A stretch of 64,000 nucleotides of DNA from a bacterium (lineage in GTDB: Bacteria > UBA10199 > 2-02-FULL-50-16 > JAJFLM01), in NCBI GenBank assembly GCA_965216315.1, contig CBDCFN010000016.1:1248001-1312000 (forward strand), in the 5' to 3' direction. The position numbers and the translations under genes were made by a program. The first letter of the stretch is position 1, and every line of letters starts with the position of its first letter. The notes beneath the pieces are model-generated. The model saw only the letters and a program-made list of their open reading frames with translations, did no database searches and had not been told where the DNA came from. Below are positions 60,018 to 64,000 of the stretch, in pieces.

Positions 60018-62066
60018 ATGGGTGGAAATGCCGCAGTAAAAGGAAACCGCAAAGGCTATGGAGCCAGGCCTACTCGTGCAAACAGTACGACCTCGGCTAA
60101 AAAATTTAAAGGGAGTCCTGTAAAGGTTAAAATCAATACGACAACAACAACCAGCACAAGTGCCCACACAAAGCAGACACCGAATAAAACGTCCGCTTCA
60201 ACGACTGAAGTGAAGATTACGGATCTTGATGTGTACTCAATTGCAACGGAAAGCACACCGGCTACATATCAACGTACGGTCGCGCCAGCGCCCAAACCTA
60301 AGCCTCAACAAGTATCAGCACCGGTAACGGTCCGCCTCGATATGTCAGTTCGGGCACTGAACTTGATTCAAAACGCCAGTCAAATAAATCCGTTTTTTTC
60401 AACTTTGGCTGACTTCGTACGCAAATCTCCTGGGAAATCCCTCGCTAACATGACAAAGTCCGAACGCACAGCAATCCCCGGGAGCGCCTGGAAACAGTTT
60501 TCTATCAACATTAACAAGCTCTATGCGCTTGGTGTACATCATAATGACGTCAAAAGATCTAATATCACTTGGGATGGCCATACACTCCGCTTGATAAATT
60601 TCCAGAAGGCCGAATTAGGGGTTCGTTCTATCGACGATTTACGACGCGCCCAGAAAATCCAGCACTATGATATAGAAAACCCTAAAGCCAACCCGCTGGA
60701 AAGCAAGATGGCCATCAAGGATCGTCCGACAGCTCCTGTCTTTGGATTGGAGCAGGGTAAGATCTATCTGGAATTTCCTAGCGATACGGCCAAGCTAATC
60801 CTTAATGCGAAAGGCGGCATGGTTCCAATAACTCAAAATGGAAATAACTATAAAATCGAGAATAAAAGTAGCGAAGACATCTATCTTTTTCGCGGCGGTG
60901 ATTCCAAGCAATTTGTCATCATTGGCAAAGGACAAAGTCGTGTTGCAACCCATAATGACGTACTCCAAATCGGCCAGGGGAGCTATACCCTGAGAAAAAC
61001 GACCGATCACGCTGGAGCAGTTACGGGCCAAATAGGAAAACGAACGGTCACGATTGATTATTTACCCTTGCCGCCTAAACAGCAGGCCCCGGGCAATCAT
61101 CAGGCTCCCATCTCGGGTCAGGTAAGCGCCAAACCTCGCCAAGGACCCACAGTACCGAAAACAGGCGACGCTAAGGTCATCGTGGCAAATCAAACAACAC
61201 CTTATCAACGTCATCGATTGTCTCCGCAGCAGCAAACAGTTGTTGATCAGTGGCTCCGACAACATAGCTTAAAACTTGCACAACTGACGCGTGAGCAGCA
61301 AATTAAGCTCGTCCAGCATTTAGTCCTGTACCATAATTGGAAAAGTACGGATATCGCAGCGCTGACCGGTCACGCTGAGCTACAAGTTCTTTACAATAAC
61401 TATGTCATTCAACCTGCCAGCATTGTGCGGCGAATACTTGGATGGCTGTTAGGGACCAGTTCCGGTGGTAATGCAGGGGCTCACTTGTCGGGAACGCGAA
61501 AAGTCGAACCATGGATGTACTACAATATCATCGATGCGCCCCGTAATGCCAGGCTGTGGATCGATGGCAAGTGGGTCGACGTTCAAGCTGTTTACGGCAA
61601 TCAGGTGACTTATTCCTATATTGATAGGAGTGTCGTTCCCAAGCGACGGCTTACCCGCACAACCCCGCTGACCAAAAAGATGTTGCTCGCGACATTTGCC
61701 GAGTTGCCTATCAGCCAGATTCATCCGACTGAAAATGGGCTCTCTCCGATACGATATGCTGCGGCTCATAAATATACGGATATTCCGATATTGGTTTATC
61801 GACATTTCAAGTCAGATGGCTCGGTTGAGTATTACGCTCTGGATGGACACCATCGCCTTGCAGTACTGGCAAAATTGGGGCGAAAGAGTGTTCGCGTGCG
61901 CTTTGCGCCTTCAGATATTTCACGTATACAGGATTTTCTGAATAAACCCCGCAATCCGGCAATGCCGGTTCCGCGTCATGCCAAGGACTTAGAAATCTGG
62001 CAGGCACGCTATGATGATTACCGAGGGGGTCCCGGCGGAGAACCGATGACATCAGTCAATCCCTAA
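60018..62066 (+). CDS. Modular orphan protein: shared leader + degenerate kinase C-lobe + FHA-like + WKS module + ParB/Srx-like domain
   Basis: HNDVKRSN...INFQKA; YKIENKSS...NDVLQIG; YYALDGHHRL. Confidence 0.75.
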   Translation: MGGNAAVKGNRKGYGARPTRANSTTSAKKFKGSPVKVKINTTTTTSTSAHTKQTPNKTSASTTEVKITDLDVYSIATESTPATYQRTVAPAPKPKPQQVSAPVTVRLDMSVRALNLIQNASQINPFFSTLADFVRKSPGKSLANMTKSERTAIPGSAWKQFSININKLYALGVHHNDVKRSNITWDGHTLRLINFQKAELGVRSIDDLRRAQKIQHYDIENPKANPLESKMAIKDRPTAPVFGLEQGKIYLEFPSDTAKLILNAKGGMVPITQNGNNYKIENKSSEDIYLFRGGDSKQFVIIGKGQSRVATHNDVLQIGQGSYTLRKTTDHAGAVTGQIGKRTVTIDYLPLPPKQQAPGNHQAPISGQVSAKPRQGPTVPKTGDAKVIVANQTTPYQRHRLSPQQQTVVDQWLRQHSLKLAQLTREQQIKLVQHLVLYHNWKSTDIAALTGHAELQVLYNNYVIQPASIVRRILGWLLGTSSGGNAGAHLSGTRKVEPWMYYNIIDAPRNARLWIDGKWVDVQAVYGNQVTYSYIDRSVVPKRRLTRTTPLTKKMLLATFAELPISQIHPTENGLSPIRYAAAHKYTDIPILVYRHFKSDGSVEYYALDGHHRLAVLAKLGRKSVRVRFAPSDISRIQDFLNKPRNPAMPVPRHAKDLEIWQARYDDYRGGPGGEPMTSVNP

Positions 62067-63451
62067 TAACCGCGCATCCCCCATGCCCCTAAGATGTGTG
62101 CAAACGCTTCAATGCCTTGCTGAGTCATATCGTCGACGGTTTCTTTATCAAATGTGAGCCCGGTTAGCAGCTGTTGATAGCCGGTTTGAACGGCATTCAG
62201 TTCGTCGATGGATTCGAGAAAGGTCGGGTAAGGATTTCGTTCCGCTGCCAAGAGGAATCCGGCAACATGGTCAAGCACATCGTTGACGGCCAGTCCGGCC
62301 CGGATCACGAGAGTATCTTGTGGCCCGTATGTTTGTTCCAGTTGCGCTGCGATCTCATCGATATAGGTCCGACGTTCATCGTGCAAGATTTGCTGAATCC
62401 TACCGGCCTTGTCGGTGTTGCTCGTAACGCTGCGGAGGACCTCGTGAGTATTCGCATCACGGACGCTAGCCCTAAGCTCTTCGCTGTGTGGGTTGAAAAA
62501 GATATCTCCGTATTCGCGGTCGATATCCGCAACTGGCAGTATCTTTGTCTTATGGTGCCGGAGAAAGTTGGCGTCAGCGTTAAAGCTGACAAAGGCGACG
62601 CGGGGCTGTACCTGATCCAGGAGCGTGTGCAGTGGCTCAAATGAATGAACATCCATCCGGCCACTGACGACGAGCACATCGACGAGTCTGGCAGCCTGCT
62701 TTTGATCGATATGGTCGGGAATGTCCGTCGCCGAAATCCCCATAACGCTGAGTCCGCCGAAGCGCATGACGGTATCGGCATCAAAGGGAAAGCGGTTTTC
62801 GTGAGAATTGAGGTGGGCTAAGCGTGCTCCCGGTAAAGTCCATTGCGCCATGCGATGGGTCGGTGGTTGCAGCAACTGGGGATGCAAGGAGCGTATCGAT
62901 GCAACGGAATCAATATCTCCGCTGATACGTTCCGGTTCGCGCCCCGGGTAAAAAACTTGATAGGGACGTTCTCGTTCTCCAGCAGGTTTGCCAAAGGAGA
63001 GCGCCCGCCACCAGCCTTGCCCGCGAAAACGCGCAGTATAAAAGTTCTCATTAATTTGGATATCATCGCCGTCAAGTACAGCCAAGCGTACCGGCCGGGC
63101 CACCCCGATCGATTCATTGATCGCGTTGGTCTCGTTGCGGATCTGAATATACATTTCCGGAGAGACGCTATCGGCGACTTCCGAGAAGAGGAGTTGTCTA
63201 TCCTCGGCCGGCAACCTCAATAGACCGTTCGTTGAATCGGCTTCGAGGCGTTGGGTGATATAGTCGATATCGCGGTCATAGGCGAGCGCGGCTAACTCCG
63301 CGGTAATGGCCCGTCCATCATCTAAGGTGCGGTCGATGCCTAGATGATCGAGAGCACTCGACCACCGGGTCAACGAATCAATAATCCGCGGCGTCGGATG
63401 GGCTAGAGCGGCTGCCGCACAGACCGGAGCTGATGACGTGAAGGCAAGCAT
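62063..63451 (-). CDS. Orphan hypothetical protein
   Basis: 462-aa ORF convergent on 60018; sigma28-like promoter immediately upstream. Confidence 0.65.
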   Translation of the reverse strand: MLAFTSSAPVCAAAALAHPTPRIIDSLTRWSSALDHLGIDRTLDDGRAITAELAALAYDRDIDYITQRLEADSTNGLLRLPAEDRQLLFSEVADSVSPEMYIQIRNETNAINESIGVARPVRLAVLDGDDIQINENFYTARFRGQGWWRALSFGKPAGERERPYQVFYPGREPERISGDIDSVASIRSLHPQLLQPPTHRMAQWTLPGARLAHLNSHENRFPFDADTVMRFGGLSVMGISATDIPDHIDQKQAARLVDVLVVSGRMDVHSFEPLHTLLDQVQPRVAFVSFNADANFLRHHKTKILPVADIDREYGDIFFNPHSEELRASVRDANTHEVLRSVTSNTDKAGRIQQILHDERRTYIDEIAAQLEQTYGPQDTLVIRAGLAVNDVLDHVAGFLLAAERNPYPTFLESIDELNAVQTGYQQLLTGLTFDKETVDDMTQQGIEAFAHILGAWGMRGY

Positions 63452-63459
63452 GCTCTCCC

Positions 63460-63486
63460 TTATCTACAAAATCTCGCAAAAGTTGC
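63460..63486 (-). promoter_or_regulatory. Sigma28-like promoter GCAAC-N14-GTAGATAA
   Basis: Minus strand GCAACTTTTGCGAGATTTTGTAGATAA, 8 nt before the ATG. Confidence 0.6.
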
Positions 63487-63688
63487 TCATTGAAGCCACA
63501 AACAGTCTCATTAAGTATTCAAGTGAATATCTATATATAATCGATAGATAGCGCAATCTCTTTAAGTTCCATGCTATCCATTCGCAGCTTTTCGAATTGC
63601 GCATTTCAATGGACCTAAAAGGCCATAGCTATTTCAGCAGCTACTGAGGTCCCGATCCCCCAATTAAGCGCCTCTTCACTCCAGGATA

Positions 63689-63790
63689 TGTATACATATT
63701 CATTTGTATACAGAATTAATAAATATAAGATCTATTGAATTCAATAAGTTATATATAATTATTTTAACATTTTTTGGCACATTAGTTGCA
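63689..63790 (+). promoter_or_regulatory. Sigma54 promoter with a different upstream palindrome
   Basis: TGTATACA-N8-TGTATACA (63689-63712), AT-rich spacer, TGGCACATTAGTTGCA (63775). Confidence 0.75.
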
Positions 63791-63815
63791 TATATCTCAG
63801 GTCAGGAGACATGAG

Positions 63816-64000
63816 ATGCTATCCATTGCTTTACAACTTAGCAGCCTGGCGAAGAACTTAATCGATAAACAGGCCACAACGGCAAAAAAGTCCGAAGCTG
63901 CCAAAGCGGCCCCTGTTGCAGGGACATCTTTATATGGTCCCGCGCAAGTTCCAGTCGTAGCGGCTAATGGCACCGTAAAGCATTCTCTTTTTGGGGCGAG
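63816..64000 (+). CDS. Hypothetical protein (3' partial)
   Basis: AGGAG RBS, ATG, open to the window end (MLSIALQLSSLAKNLIDKQATTAKKSEAAK...). Confidence 0.6.
   Translation, partial: MLSIALQLSSLAKNLIDKQATTAKKSEAAKAAPVAGTSLYGPAQVPVVAANGTVKHSLFGA

Noticed and set aside
33800..64000. Island as a prophage, ICE or CRISPR/defence locus
   Set aside because: No integrase, phage structural, conjugation or cas genes and no repeat-spacer array seen; genes carry host-type sigma54/sigma28-like promoters.

Overview
Bacterial chromosomal window; the gene style suggests a deltaproteobacterial/Bdellovibrionota/Myxococcota-like organism (inference only). The first half (1-33.7 kb) is mostly housekeeping: two AcrB-type RND permeases, a K+ channel, icmF, the AmmeMemoRadiSam trio, thyA-folA, an M48 peptidase, a frameshifted AsmA-like gene, an adenine/adenosine deaminase, a macro-domain protein, an M20 amidohydrolase with a GNAT, tRNA-Glu and a heme-copper cytochrome c oxidase cluster. 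Two things stand out. (1) At 24801-25378 there is a ~580-nt non-coding, heavily base-paired, probably pseudoknotted RNA candidate closed by a 21-bp stem. It is preceded by three DnaA boxes and a boxA-like element, followed by a terminator, and divergent from tRNA-Glu. (2) From 33.8 to 64 kb there is an island of large orphan proteins that look like a modular carrier/cargo effector system. Two giant paralogous carriers have a shared hydrophobic region. Three cargo proteins share an N-terminal leader and carry shuffled ParB/Srx, HD, kinase-like, FHA-like and PD-(D/E)xK modules. An RtcB, a HAD-like protein and a transglutaminase-like protein lie among them, and no immunity genes are evident. The island carries two repeated promoter architectures visible in the DNA: sigma54 promoters with a shared palindromic enhancer at fixed spacing, and sigma28-like GCAAC-N14-GNMGATAR promoters. 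All calls come from reading motifs by eye; no database searches were run.
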